Notes: a model not told the origin generated them from the sequence alone. A DNA stretch of 64,000 bases from an uncultured Nitrospiraceae bacterium (GCA_963730935.1 CAVSTP010000002.1:160001-224000); one strand, 5' to 3'; counted from the stretch's first letter, positions 36,634 to 46,697 are shown. A program made the numbers and translations.

Positions 36634-36848
36634 AAGGGAAATCGCAGCGCTTTGCGAGTGACTTGCCGACAATTCGGGAACCGTTCCGACGAACCAATTG
36701 CACCCTACCAGAGGTGGGTGACGCCGATGTCTGAAGTTCCGTCCCGCGACGCGTCGGACGGAACGAGTTTCGGCGTCTAGCAGTTGGTGAGGAAGGAATC
36801 GGTCGAATTGACGGCTCGGAACGAGCGAGAGCGCTGCAATTCTCCCTT
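36634..36848. repeat. structured intergenic element copy B, inverted relative to A
   Basis: GCAGCGC/GCGCTGC, CAATTCG/CGAATTG, ACCAATTGC/GCAGTTGGT, GACGCCGA/TCGGCGTC, GTTCCGTCC/GGACGGAAC. Confidence 0.75.
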
Positions 36849-36856
36849 ATTCCACC

Positions 36857-36886
36857 TTGACTTAGCGCAGTTGCAAAGGCTACTCT
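36857..36886 (+). promoter_or_regulatory. candidate sigma70 promoter for the methyltransferase-nuo operon
   Basis: TTGACT-N18-TACTCT. Confidence 0.4.
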
Positions 36887-36990
36887 ACGCCACTTTTGGG
36901 CTCAGTGTAGGTGGGCGCGGCTGACCCATCTGCTATGGGTGTCACTATTTTTCGCATTTTTTCGCATCGATCCTTTCTGAGGACCTTGTT

Positions 36991-38166
36991 GTGACGACCG
37001 GTCATCCCGAACTGGTTGCTGCCATCGCCTCCGAGATCGGCCGTCATGGGCCGATTACCTTCGCCCGCTTCATGGAACTTGCGCTGTACCACCCGCAGTT
37101 CGGCTACTATATGCGCCCGTCGGATCCCGGCACGGAGCGAATCGGCTGGGATGGAGATTTTTATACCAGTTCGGACGTTCACCCGATCCTCGGACAGGCG
37201 ATGGCGAAGCAGGCAGCCCAGGTCGACGCACTGCTGGGCTACCCGGATCCCTTCACGATCGTCGAAATGGGACCCGGCAAAGGTCTCCTGGCCAAGCATC
37301 TGTTGTCGCATTGTCAGCTGATGTCCAAATCCTTGGCTCAACGGCTGCGTTATGTGCTCATCGAATGCAGCCCGGCCATGCGCGCACTTCAGCAAGAACA
37401 GCTGAGACCTTGGCTCAGGCACTCGGGTCCGGTGAGTTGGCTGGAAGACATCAGCAGCCTCGCGCCCGGCAGTATCACAGGCCTCATGTTCAGCAATGAA
37501 TTGACGGATGCCTTTCCTGTGCATCGGGTAGAAAAAGTCGGCCATGGCCTCAAGGAAATCTTCGTGGAGGTCCGGGACGGGCGGTTTGTGGAGCGCTTAC
37601 AGGAAGTGTCGACGCCTGAGATCAAAGACTATTTTCGAGGTTTGCACATTGATCTCCCTGAAGGATATCGCACAGAGATCAATCTCCAAGCGCCCGTCTG
37701 GATGCGGCAGGTCGCGGCAAGCATGAACCGCGGCGTCGTAATTACGATCGACTATGGACATTCGGCCGAGGACCTCTACGGTCCTCAACGGTCAAAAGGC
37801 ACGCTGCTCTGCTACCGCTCACAGATGGCGTCCGAAGATCCCTTTGTGCGGGTGGGCTTACAAGATATGACCGCGCACGTGGACTTTACGACGCTGGCCA
37901 CGGCGGGCGAGGAGGCCGGACTCTCCGTGACCGGCTTTACCAATCAAATGAGCTTCCTGATGGGGCTCGGCGTCGAAGAGATGATCGCGCAACTGACGCC
38001 GGAAACTCCGGAATTTCGAGCGGCCCTGCATCTGCTCAAGCCCGAGGGCATGGGACGGACCTTTAAAATTCTTGTCCAGCACAAGGGCCTCGAGGCGCCC
38101 ACCCTCGACGGATTGATCTTCAAACCGTTTTTCGGGTCAGCATTGAGCCGCCACGCTGCGGCGTAA
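36991..38166 (+). CDS. SAM-dependent methyltransferase, MidA/NDUFAF7 family
   Basis: FMELALYHPQFGYY, GDFYTS, EMGPGKG, SNEL.DAFP, IDYG, QDMTAHVDF. Confidence 0.9.
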   Translation: MTTGHPELVAAIASEIGRHGPITFARFMELALYHPQFGYYMRPSDPGTERIGWDGDFYTSSDVHPILGQAMAKQAAQVDALLGYPDPFTIVEMGPGKGLLAKHLLSHCQLMSKSLAQRLRYVLIECSPAMRALQQEQLRPWLRHSGPVSWLEDISSLAPGSITGLMFSNELTDAFPVHRVEKVGHGLKEIFVEVRDGRFVERLQEVSTPEIKDYFRGLHIDLPEGYRTEINLQAPVWMRQVAASMNRGVVITIDYGHSAEDLYGPQRSKGTLLCYRSQMASEDPFVRVGLQDMTAHVDFTTLATAGEEAGLSVTGFTNQMSFLMGLGVEEMIAQLTPETPEFRAALHLLKPEGMGRTFKILVQHKGLEAPTLDGLIFKPFFGSALSRHAAA

Positions 38167-38180
38167 GGATTGAAAGGGTC

Positions 38181-38552
38181 ATGGCGGACGAAGCCGTTCC
38201 ATTGAATTATCTGCCGATCCTCTTGTTTATCGGCATTTCGATCGCATTCGCCGCGATTCAGCTTCTGGCCGGGCGTCTCGTCCGCCCGCATCGTCCCTAC
38301 CGCGCCAAACTGAATCCCTACGAGAGTGGGAGCCCCTTGTTTTCTGACGCGCGTGTCCAGTTTCCGATGCGCTACTACATCATCGCCATGCTCTTCGTCA
38401 TCTTCGACATCGAAGTGATTTTCATCATTCCGTGGGCGGTGCGCTTCCAATCGCTCGGCCTCCTGGGCCTCGTCGAGATGCTAGTGTTCATCGCAATCCT
38501 TCTCGTGGGACTCTGGTATGCGTGGAAGAAGGGAGCGCTCGAATGGGATTGA
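38181..38552 (+). CDS. nuoA: NADH-quinone oxidoreductase subunit A
   Basis: PYESG, FDIE, KKGALEWD. Confidence 0.95.
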   Translation: MADEAVPLNYLPILLFIGISIAFAAIQLLAGRLVRPHRPYRAKLNPYESGSPLFSDARVQFPMRYYIIAMLFVIFDIEVIFIIPWAVRFQSLGLLGLVEMLVFIAILLVGLWYAWKKGALEWD

Positions 38553-38564
38553 GTGTGTGCAATT

Positions 38565-38661
38565 GAGGACGAGCGACCTAGCCGTCTCCCTTGCTCGCGG
38601 AACGCGGCACACACTATCAATCATACGCGCGCAGTGGGAGCCAGCTAGGGCACTCATCCTC
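38565..38661. repeat. rod-like palindromic intergenic element (second repeat type)
   Basis: GAGGACGAG/CTCATCCTC, CCTAGC/GCTAGG, CTCCC/GGGAG nested stems. Confidence 0.6.
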
Positions 38662-38704
38662 TTTCTCGCTGGAGATGTATGGGGAACGATATGAAGAAAA
38701 CTTC

Positions 38705-38734
38705 AAGAAGAGGGTGCGTTAGAATGGGATTGAG
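38705..38734 (+). pseudogene. relic duplicate of the nuoA 3' end (GALEWD-stop)
   Basis: GGT GCG TTA GAA TGG GAT TGA versus GGA GCG CTC GAA TGG GAT TGA in nuoA. Confidence 0.65.
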
Positions 38735-38757
38735 GTGGGAAGAAAGGTGAGAGGAAG

Positions 38758-39237
38758 ATGAGCGTCTTTGAAAGACAATTTGAGGCCAATATCATTACCA
38801 CCAATCTGGATGCGGTCGTGAACTGGTCCAGGAAGTCGGCCCTGTGGCCGATGACCTTCGGCCTCGCCTGCTGCGCGATCGAGATGATCGCCAGTGTGTC
38901 GTCGCGCTATGACATCGACCGATTCGGCGCGGGCGTCTTTCGCGCCTCGCCGCGCCAATCGGATCTCATGATCGTGGCAGGCACCGTCACCCGGAAGATG
39001 GCGCCCGTCATCCGGCGGATCTACGACCAAATGCCGGAGCCGCGCTACGTGATTTCGATGGGGTCCTGCGCGACGTCCGGCAACCACTACAACAGTTATG
39101 CGGTCGTGCAGGGCGTCGACCAGATCGTGCCGGTCGATGTGTACGTCCCCGGTTGCCCGCCGCGGCCGGAGGCGCTGATGGACGGGCTCTTGAAGCTGCA
39201 GGAAAAGATCCAGCGTGAAAAGGTGTTCGTGAAATAG
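38758..39237 (+). CDS. nuoB: NADH-quinone oxidoreductase subunit B
   Basis: [23 protein letters not shown]. Confidence 0.97.
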   Translation: MSVFERQFEANIITTNLDAVVNWSRKSALWPMTFGLACCAIEMIASVSSRYDIDRFGAGVFRASPRQSDLMIVAGTVTRKMAPVIRRIYDQMPEPRYVISMGSCATSGNHYNSYAVVQGVDQIVPVDVYVPGCPPRPEALMDGLLKLQEKIQREKVFVK

Positions 39238-39239
39238 TC

Positions 39240-40988
39240 ATGGAATCGTTGGTTGAAACGTTGATGACGAGGTTTCCTCAGGCGGTGCTGTCCGTCGAGG
39301 CGGATACGGCACGCTCTGAGGTGAGCGTCCAAGTGGCGGCTGAGCGGATTCTCGATCTGGCGCGGTTCCTTCACGATGCGCCCGACGCCTCGTTCGACCA
39401 GTTGACGGATATCTGCTCGGTGGATTACCCGGAGGACCGGCAGCGGTTTGAAGTCGTCTATCATGTGCACTCGCTTTCTTACCGTCGCCGTCTCCGCGTG
39501 AAAGCCCGCCTGTCCGAAGACGATCCGACGATTGCCTCCGTGACCTCCGTCTGGAAGGGCGCGGATTTCCTCGAGCGGGAAGTCTACGACATGATGGGCA
39601 TCCGCTTCTCGGGTCATCCGGATCTGCGGCGGATTTTGTTGCCAGAAGATTACGCGGAAGGCTACCCGCTGAGAAAAGATTTTCCGGCCGAAGGCCGCGG
39701 CTGGCGCAGCCAGTTTGAGTTCATCCCGAGACTGGACGAACCGCCGGTCGAGCTCGCCGACGGCGAGATCCCCGAACCGCAGAAGGAGGCGTTCAGGGCC
39801 GAAGCGCCGTCGGACTCCCGGCGCCGGGAAGAGCTGTTGCTGAACATGGGGCCGCAGCATCCGAGCACGCATGGAGTACTCCGCGTCGTTCTCGAATTGG
39901 ACGGCGAGCGGATCGTGAAAGCCACGCCGGATCTGGGCTACCTGCACCGAGGAGTCGAGAAACTGTGCGAAGGGTTGGCCTACATGCAGGTCATCCCCCA
40001 TACGGACCGGCTCGACTACGTCTGCGCGATGGCGAACAACTATGCGTACGTACGCGCGGTCGAAAAGCTGCTCGGCATCACGATACCCGAGCGCGGGGAG
40101 TATATCCGTACGATCGTCGCGGAAATGCAGCGAATCGTCGGCCACCTCTTTTGGCTGGGAACGCAGGCCCTCGACATCGGTGCGATGACGGTGTTTTTCT
40201 GGACCTTCCGGGAGCGCGAGACGTTGCTGGATATGTTCGAGAAGCTCTGCGGCGCCCGTCTGACGCTGAACTATTATCGGATCGGCGGCGTCGACAGCGA
40301 TTTCACGCCCGAGCTGGTGCTGCGGCTGAAGACATTTCTCGACACGTTTCCCGACAACGTCAGAGAGTACGATTCGCTGATCGCCGCCAACCGCATCTGG
40401 CTCGGCCGCACCAAACATGTGGCGGTGATCTCGGCGGAGGATGCGATCAGCTTTGGCTGTACGGGGCCCGTGCTGCGCGGCTCCGGCGTTGCGTACGACG
40501 TCCGTAAATACGAGCCTTACGGCGTGTACGACAAGGTGGATTGGGAGGTACCGATCGGCAAGAACGGCGACACCTACGACCGGTATTGGGTGCGGATGGA
40601 AGAAATGCGGCAGAGCGCGCGGATCATCAAGCAGTGCTTGGATCAGTTGCCGCAAGGGCAGATCATGGCGGATGCGCCGCAATACATTCCGCCACCCAAA
40701 CCGCTCGTGATGCGTGACATGGAAAGCCTGATTCACCACTTCATTATTTTCACCCAGGGTTTCAAGCCGCCGAAAGCGGAGACCTACTGTGCGACGGAGG
40801 CGCCGAAGGGCGAACTGGGATTCTTCATCGTCAGCGACGGGAGCGCCCGGCCCTATCGTCTGAAGATCCGCGCTCCGTCCTTCGTCCACATGGGCGCCTT
40901 CGACCATATGGCGCGAGGCTATCTAATCTCCGATATCATCACGATTTTCGGCACATACGACATCGTGATGGGAGAATGCGATAGATGA
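39240..40988 (+). CDS. nuoCD: fused NADH-quinone oxidoreductase subunit C/D
   Basis: EREVYDMMGI..GHPDLRRI plus GPQHPSTHGVLR, GYLHRG, GECDR. Confidence 0.96.
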   Translation: MESLVETLMTRFPQAVLSVEADTARSEVSVQVAAERILDLARFLHDAPDASFDQLTDICSVDYPEDRQRFEVVYHVHSLSYRRRLRVKARLSEDDPTIASVTSVWKGADFLEREVYDMMGIRFSGHPDLRRILLPEDYAEGYPLRKDFPAEGRGWRSQFEFIPRLDEPPVELADGEIPEPQKEAFRAEAPSDSRRREELLLNMGPQHPSTHGVLRVVLELDGERIVKATPDLGYLHRGVEKLCEGLAYMQVIPHTDRLDYVCAMANNYAYVRAVEKLLGITIPERGEYIRTIVAEMQRIVGHLFWLGTQALDIGAMTVFFWTFRERETLLDMFEKLCGARLTLNYYRIGGVDSDFTPELVLRLKTFLDTFPDNVREYDSLIAANRIWLGRTKHVAVISAEDAISFGCTGPVLRGSGVAYDVRKYEPYGVYDKVDWEVPIGKNGDTYDRYWVRMEEMRQSARIIKQCLDQLPQGQIMADAPQYIPPPKPLVMRDMESLIHHFIIFTQGFKPPKAETYCATEAPKGELGFFIVSDGSARPYRLKIRAPSFVHMGAFDHMARGYLISDIITIFGTYDIVMGECDR

Positions 40989-40989
40989 C

Positions 40990-41535
40990 ATGCTGAAAGA
41001 GAAGCACCAACAGGAAATCGACGACATCGTGAGCCGGTATCCGCTCAAGCGGTCGGCCTTGATCCCGCTGCTCTATCTGGCCCAGCGGGAACGGGGCTAT
41101 ATCACCGAAGCGGCGATGGTCGAGATTGCGGGGATCTTAAAATTGACGCCTCCACAAGTTTACGAGACCGTCACCTTCTACACGATGCTCAATTTGAAGC
41201 AGGTGGGAAAGTTCCATATTCAAGTCTGTAAATCCCTGATGTGCGCGCTCGTGGGATCGGACACATTGATCGGCTGGATCAAAGCCAAACTCGGGATCGG
41301 ACCCGGCGAGACGACACCGGACGGCGCCTTTACGCTTTCCACCGTGGAATGCCTCGCAGCCTGCGGCACCGGCCCGATGATGCAGATCAACGACGATTAC
41401 TACGAGCGGCTGACGGAAGAGAAGCTCGACCGCATTTTGTCGGACCTCAGGTCGACCGGGTCATCCGCATTGAAAACTGGTCCCTTCATGTGGCCGGAAC
41501 CGCTTGCAGCGAAAGGGGACACGTCGCTACGTTGA
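40990..41535 (+). CDS. nuoE: NADH-quinone oxidoreductase subunit E
   Basis: C-x4-C...CLAAC 2Fe-2S ligands. Confidence 0.95.
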   Translation: MLKEKHQQEIDDIVSRYPLKRSALIPLLYLAQRERGYITEAAMVEIAGILKLTPPQVYETVTFYTMLNLKQVGKFHIQVCKSLMCALVGSDTLIGWIKAKLGIGPGETTPDGAFTLSTVECLAACGTGPMMQINDDYYERLTEEKLDRILSDLRSTGSSALKTGPFMWPEPLAAKGDTSLR

Positions 41536-41539
41536 GCGT

Positions 41540-42847
41540 ATGCCCAAACACGAGCCGATCTTACTAAAAAACATGAGTCAGCCCGGGTATGCCGGGACGC
41601 TCGCCGAGTACGAAAAAACGGGCGGCTACCAGGCGCTCAAGAAAATCCTGGGAAAGGTTTCACCCGCCGACGTGACGCAACTCGTCATTAAGTCCGGCCT
41701 CCGGGGCCGCGGCGGCGCCGGCTTCCCCACCGGGGTCAAGTGGGGGTTCCTCCCCAAGGATTACCAGGGCCCCCGTTACCTCTGCTGCAATGCCGACGAA
41801 AGCGAGCCCGGTACGTTTAAAGACCGTCAGCTGATCGAACGCGACCCTCACCAGATTCTGGAGGGGATCCTTCTGGCCTGTTACGCGATTGGATCCGAGA
41901 CCGCCTACATCTATATAAGGGGCGAGTTTGTCCTGGGAGCGCGAATCCTCGAGGAGGCGATCGGGGAGGCCCGCCGGGCAGGCTACATCGGCAAAAACAT
42001 TCAAGGCACCGGCGTGACGGTCGACGTCTGGGTGCATCGCGGAGCCGGCGCGTACATTTGCGGGGAGGAAACCGCATTGCTGGAGTCGCTCGAAGGCAAA
42101 CGCGGCTTGCCTCGCGTGAAGCCGCCATTTCCCGCTACGCACGGACTCTATAACAAGCCAACCGTGGTCAATAACGTGGAAACGCTCGCGAACCTGCCGC
42201 ACATCATCAATCGGGGTCCCGAATGGTTTGCGGCCATCGGTTCACCTCCCAAGAGCACCGGCACGCGCATCTTCTGTGTCAGCGGGCACGTCAAGCGCCC
42301 GGGCAACTACGAAGTGCCGATGGGCATCACGTTCCGGGAGCTGATTTATGAGCATGCGGGCGGTATGCGCTCGGACAAACCCTTGAAGGCCTTCATCCCT
42401 GGCGGCGCGTCGGCACCGTTTCTGACGCCCGACCACCTTGACGTCAAGCTGGATTTTGAATCGGTTGCAGCCGCCGGTTCGATGCTTGGTTCCGGGGGTG
42501 TGACGATCATGGAGGAAGGCACCAGTATGGTCTGGGCTGCGCTGCGTCTGATGGAATTTTTCTACCATGAGTCCTGCGGCAAGTGCAGTCCCTGCCGCGA
42601 AGGCAGCTCCTGGCTGGTGCAGACCATGCGCCGCATCGTCGCCAAGCGAGGCCGCGCGCAGGACCTGGAAACACTGACGGACCTTTGCAAGAACATCGTC
42701 GGTCGCACGGTGTGCGCCTTCGGGGACGCCGAAGTCGCGCCGATCATGAGCACGCTGAAGCATTGGCGCCCCGAATACATCGCGCTTATCCACGAGGCGG
42801 AAGCGTCGAATCTGCTTCGTCCGCAACCCGTAGGCATGAAAGGATAA
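41540..42847 (+). CDS. nuoF: NADH-quinone oxidoreductase subunit F
   Basis: GRGGAGFP, NADESEPG, GAGAYICGEE, ESCGKCSPCREG. Confidence 0.96.
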   Translation: MPKHEPILLKNMSQPGYAGTLAEYEKTGGYQALKKILGKVSPADVTQLVIKSGLRGRGGAGFPTGVKWGFLPKDYQGPRYLCCNADESEPGTFKDRQLIERDPHQILEGILLACYAIGSETAYIYIRGEFVLGARILEEAIGEARRAGYIGKNIQGTGVTVDVWVHRGAGAYICGEETALLESLEGKRGLPRVKPPFPATHGLYNKPTVVNNVETLANLPHIINRGPEWFAAIGSPPKSTGTRIFCVSGHVKRPGNYEVPMGITFRELIYEHAGGMRSDKPLKAFIPGGASAPFLTPDHLDVKLDFESVAAAGSMLGSGGVTIMEEGTSMVWAALRLMEFFYHESCGKCSPCREGSSWLVQTMRRIVAKRGRAQDLETLTDLCKNIVGRTVCAFGDAEVAPIMSTLKHWRPEYIALIHEAEASNLLRPQPVGMKG

Positions 42848-42882
42848 CGGCCGCGCTCGAGCCGGCCGAATCGGAACCTCAC

Positions 42883-45555
42883 ATGACCGCTCCCACGTCC
42901 AATACCGTCCGGCTCACGATCGACGGCATCGAAATCACCGTGCCCAAGGGCACCCTTGTGATCGAGGCCGCCCGCCGGGTCGGCGTTATGATTCCCCACT
43001 TCTGTTATCACCCGAAGCTAAAGCCGGACGCGAACTGCCGGATGTGCTTGGTGGAAATCGAAAAAATGCCGAAGCTGCAAACGTCGTGCAGCACCATCGC
43101 GACCGACGGGATGTCCGTGCGGACTGCCACGACCGTCGTCAATGATGCGCACAAGTCGGTATTGGAATTCATCCTGGCCAATCATCCGCTGGATTGCCCG
43201 GTGTGTGATCAGGGGGGCAAGTGCGACCTTCAGGACTTCTCACACGAGTACACGGCCACGGGCAGCCGGTTCAGCGAGACCAAACGCGTGTTTCAAAAGG
43301 AATATTTTAGCCCGCTCATCGAAACGCAGATGAACCGCTGCGTGCAATGCCTGCGCTGCGTCCGGTACTGCGACGAGGTGATGGACGTCAAGGCTCTGGC
43401 TCCCGCCGGTCGCGGCACCATGACGGAAATCAAGGCCTTCGGGTCGCACCCGCTCGATTGTGAATTCTGCGGCGGCTGCGTCCAGATTTGTCCCGTGGGC
43501 GCCATCACCAGCCGGCTGTCCATGTACGAGTACCGGCCGTGGATGCTGAAACGCGCCGATACGGTCTGCCAATACTGCGGCGACGGCTGCCAGATCACGG
43601 TGCAGACCAAGGACAACGAATTGATCGAAGTCAACTCGTCGTACGGGGCAGGCCGCAATAACGGCGACCTCTGCGCGCGCGGGTTTTTCGGGTTTCATGC
43701 CACGAGCCATCCGGATCGCCTGACAAAACCGCTCATCCGCCGAAACGGCATCCTCGAGCCAACGACGTGGGAGGAGGCGCTCGAGTACGCCGCGCAGCAA
43801 ATCGCCCGTCTCAAGGCGGCTCATGGCGCCGACGCGTTCGGCGGCTTGATTTCGAGCCGCTGCACGAACGAAGAGCTGTTTGTCTTCCAGAAGTTTATGC
43901 GTCTCGTGATCGGGACGAACAACCTCGACAGCAGCGCCCGCTACGGCCAGGTCAACGCTGTGCAAGCGATGCGTCGCGTGCAAGGGACGCATCGATGGAC
44001 TGTCACCTTCGACGACATCGTCGAGGCCGATGTGCTGCTGCTCGTCGGGACCAGCATCACGGAGACCAATCCGGTTGCCGGACTCCGGGTGAAGGAAGCG
44101 GTCAAAAAGCGGCAGGCCAAGCTCCTGACCATTGAAGCGACACAGCCAGGCATCGACTCGATCAGCAATATCACCAACCTGGCCCAGCTGCATGTCGGTG
44201 TCCCGACCGCTCAATTCGGTGACGCGCTGATGGGCCTCCTCAAAGCCGTCGTGGACGGCCGGCACGTCGAGCAGTCGCTGCAGAACCGATCGACGGCGTA
44301 CGTCTCGGCGCTGTCAGAAGCGCTCGGGAAGCTCTCCTGGACGGACATCGAAGCGGCGACCGGAACCACTCGCGACAGCTTCATCGAAATGGTCACGGCC
44401 ATTGCGCAGGGACGTCGGGTCGTGGTGCTGGCCGGTCAGGATCTGTTGCGAAGTGTCGGCGGCTATGGCGCCTGTCTGAACCTGCTCGATTTGCTCCTGC
44501 TTACTGGAAAACTGGCCGAACCGGGCTGCGGTTTTGCGCCGCTCGCCGAAGAAAACAACGATCAAGGCGCCGTGGAGATGGGAGCCCTCGCTGAACTGCT
44601 TCCGGGTGCCAAGGACGTCGCGGTCGCCGGCGAACGCTCACCGTTGGCCCGCGCCTGGAAAGCCGAGCTTCCGAGCGCCGCCGGCGCCACTCTGAACGAG
44701 ATGATCGACAAGGCCAGGGCCGGCGAGTTGAAAGCCATGGTCGTGGTCGGTGAAAACCCGGCTGGCAGCCTCCCCGCTCACCTCGATGTCGCCGGGTCAC
44801 TCAAAACCTTGGAGTTGTTGGTCTGCCAGGAGCTCTTCCTCACCGAAACGGCCGCGCTGGCGCATGTGGTGCTTCCGGCCGCTGCACCGCTGGAGAAGAC
44901 CGGCACCTGGACCAACGAAGAGGGCCATCTGCAGATGATTCGTCCGGCGATCGAGCCGACGGGCGAGAGCCGGCCGGATTGGGAAATCTTGTCCACGCTG
45001 TCGATGCTGCTGGGCACCTCATTCGAGTACGGCGAGAGCAAAGACGTGCTCAAAGAGGTCCGCAGCGTGATTCCCGGCTATGGATTGCTCGGGCCGGCAC
45101 CGATTCCGCCCAAGGTAGATCCCGCCGCCGTCGAACGGTACGTCGCGGGGGACTATCGCCAAGACATCGCCACTCGCTATACTCTGGCCCCGCGTCGACC
45201 GCAGACTGACGGGACCACTTGGCACATGCGCCTGACGCAAAGCCTGTTTCATTCTGGAAAGCTGTCTACTCGTGCGAAGGGATTGCTTGAACTCGAAGCA
45301 CAGCCTGTGCTGCGAATGAACCGGAGCGAGGCCGAGCGACTCAATATTGTCGATGGTGATCGCGTCCGGGTGTCGAACCGTCGAGGTGAACTGGTGACGA
45401 CCGTCAAGCTCGTGGAACGGGTCCCGGCGCGAACGGTGTGGTTCCCCGACCACTTTGCGCAACGAGCCTCATTACTGTTTGACTGCACGGTCGACCCGGT
45501 CACAAAGGTGCCTGCGTTTAGAACGACATCGGTTTCGATCGTCAAAGCCGGCTGA
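42883..45555 (+). CDS. nuoG: NADH-quinone oxidoreductase subunit G (long, FDH-alpha-like)
   Basis: CY...CRMC...C, HPLDCPVCDQGGKC, CVQCLRC, CQYCGDGC; position between nuoF and nuoH. Confidence 0.9.
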   Translation: MTAPTSNTVRLTIDGIEITVPKGTLVIEAARRVGVMIPHFCYHPKLKPDANCRMCLVEIEKMPKLQTSCSTIATDGMSVRTATTVVNDAHKSVLEFILANHPLDCPVCDQGGKCDLQDFSHEYTATGSRFSETKRVFQKEYFSPLIETQMNRCVQCLRCVRYCDEVMDVKALAPAGRGTMTEIKAFGSHPLDCEFCGGCVQICPVGAITSRLSMYEYRPWMLKRADTVCQYCGDGCQITVQTKDNELIEVNSSYGAGRNNGDLCARGFFGFHATSHPDRLTKPLIRRNGILEPTTWEEALEYAAQQIARLKAAHGADAFGGLISSRCTNEELFVFQKFMRLVIGTNNLDSSARYGQVNAVQAMRRVQGTHRWTVTFDDIVEADVLLLVGTSITETNPVAGLRVKEAVKKRQAKLLTIEATQPGIDSISNITNLAQLHVGVPTAQFGDALMGLLKAVVDGRHVEQSLQNRSTAYVSALSEALGKLSWTDIEAATGTTRDSFIEMVTAIAQGRRVVVLAGQDLLRSVGGYGACLNLLDLLLLTGKLAEPGCGFAPLAEENNDQGAVEMGALAELLPGAKDVAVAGERSPLARAWKAELPSAAGATLNEMIDKARAGELKAMVVVGENPAGSLPAHLDVAGSLKTLELLVCQELFLTETAALAHVVLPAAAPLEKTGTWTNEEGHLQMIRPAIEPTGESRPDWEILSTLSMLLGTSFEYGESKDVLKEVRSVIPGYGLLGPAPIPPKVDPAAVERYVAGDYRQDIATRYTLAPRRPQTDGTTWHMRLTQSLFHSGKLSTRAKGLLELEAQPVLRMNRSEAERLNIVDGDRVRVSNRRGELVTTVKLVERVPARTVWFPDHFAQRASLLFDCTVDPVTKVPAFRTTSVSIVKAG

Positions 45556-45614
45556 CAAGTGTGAAGCTGCCTGCAACGCCGCAGTAGTGCAAAGAGCGAA
45601 GAAGGAGTGTTCTC

Positions 45615-46688
45615 GTGACTGAACTCAGCTTGCGACTCGCAGTTTCGTTGGCCCAAATCGCCGCCGTCATGGGCGTGGTCATGTTGACGGTGATGATCCT
45701 GACTCTCGCCGAACGGAAAGTGCTCGGCTGGATGCAGGACCGCATGGGCCCCATGGAAGTTGGCCCCTATGGCATCCTCCAGCCGGTCGCCGACGGCTTG
45801 AAACTGTTCTTCAAAGAAGACATCGTGCCGGCCGGTGCGAACAAGTTTATGTTCAGCCTCGCGCCGATCCTCGCCATGGTCCCCGCCCTGATCGGTTTTG
45901 CGGTGGTGCCGTTCGGTCCGAGCCACAAGATCGAAGTGTTCGGCATCACCGTGGAGCCGTTCGTCATTAGCGACATCAATATCGGTATTCTGTACATCCT
46001 GGCTTTCACCTCGATCGGCGCCTACGGCATCATCCTCGGCGGATGGGCGTCCAACAGCAAGTACTCGCTGTTGGGAGGCCTGCGGTCCGCTGCCCAGGTG
46101 ATCAGTTACGAGCTCAACGTGGGCCTTGCCATCGTCGGCGTACTGATCCTTGCCGGCTCGCTCAGCCTTGTCAAAATTACCGAAGCGCAATCCGGCGGAT
46201 TCTGGCACTGGTTTGTCTTCGCCCTCCCCGCACCCCAGATCTTCGCCTTCGTCGTGTACGTCATCTCGGCTGTGGCGGAAACGAACCGCGTGCCCTTCGA
46301 CTTGCCGGAAGCCGAGAGCGAGCTGGTGGCCGGCTTTTTTACGGAATACAGCGGCATGCGCTTCGCCTTCTTCTTCATCGCGGAGTACGCCAACATGGTG
46401 CTGGTGTCCTGCGTGGCTGCAGCCATGTTCCTGGGTGGCTGGAACGCACCCTATCCAGGGACGATTTTGGCTCACCTCGGGCTCGAGGGCATCGCCTGGG
46501 TCGAAAACATCGCCTGGTTCACAGTAAAGGTGTATACCTTTCTCTTCCTGTTTTTCTGGCTCCGTGCAACGTTGCCCCGTTTGCGTTATGACCAGCTGAT
46601 GAAGTTCGGCTGGAAAGTCATGTTGCCGATCGCGTTGGGAAACATCGTGGTTACGTCGATCGCCGTATATCTGTTCCCGAGGGGATAA
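45615..46688 (+). CDS. nuoH: NADH-quinone oxidoreductase subunit H
   Basis: [38 protein letters not shown]. Confidence 0.97.
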   Translation: MTELSLRLAVSLAQIAAVMGVVMLTVMILTLAERKVLGWMQDRMGPMEVGPYGILQPVADGLKLFFKEDIVPAGANKFMFSLAPILAMVPALIGFAVVPFGPSHKIEVFGITVEPFVISDINIGILYILAFTSIGAYGIILGGWASNSKYSLLGGLRSAAQVISYELNVGLAIVGVLILAGSLSLVKITEAQSGGFWHWFVFALPAPQIFAFVVYVISAVAETNRVPFDLPEAESELVAGFFTEYSGMRFAFFFIAEYANMVLVSCVAAAMFLGGWNAPYPGTILAHLGLEGIAWVENIAWFTVKVYTFLFLFFWLRATLPRLRYDQLMKFGWKVMLPIALGNIVVTSIAVYLFPRG

Positions 46689-46697
46689 GTGTTCGGC

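Noticed and set aside
36274..36703. Small ORFs within the secA-midA intergenic region
   Set aside because: Non-ATG or weak starts, and the two repeat copies differ by frameshifting indels.
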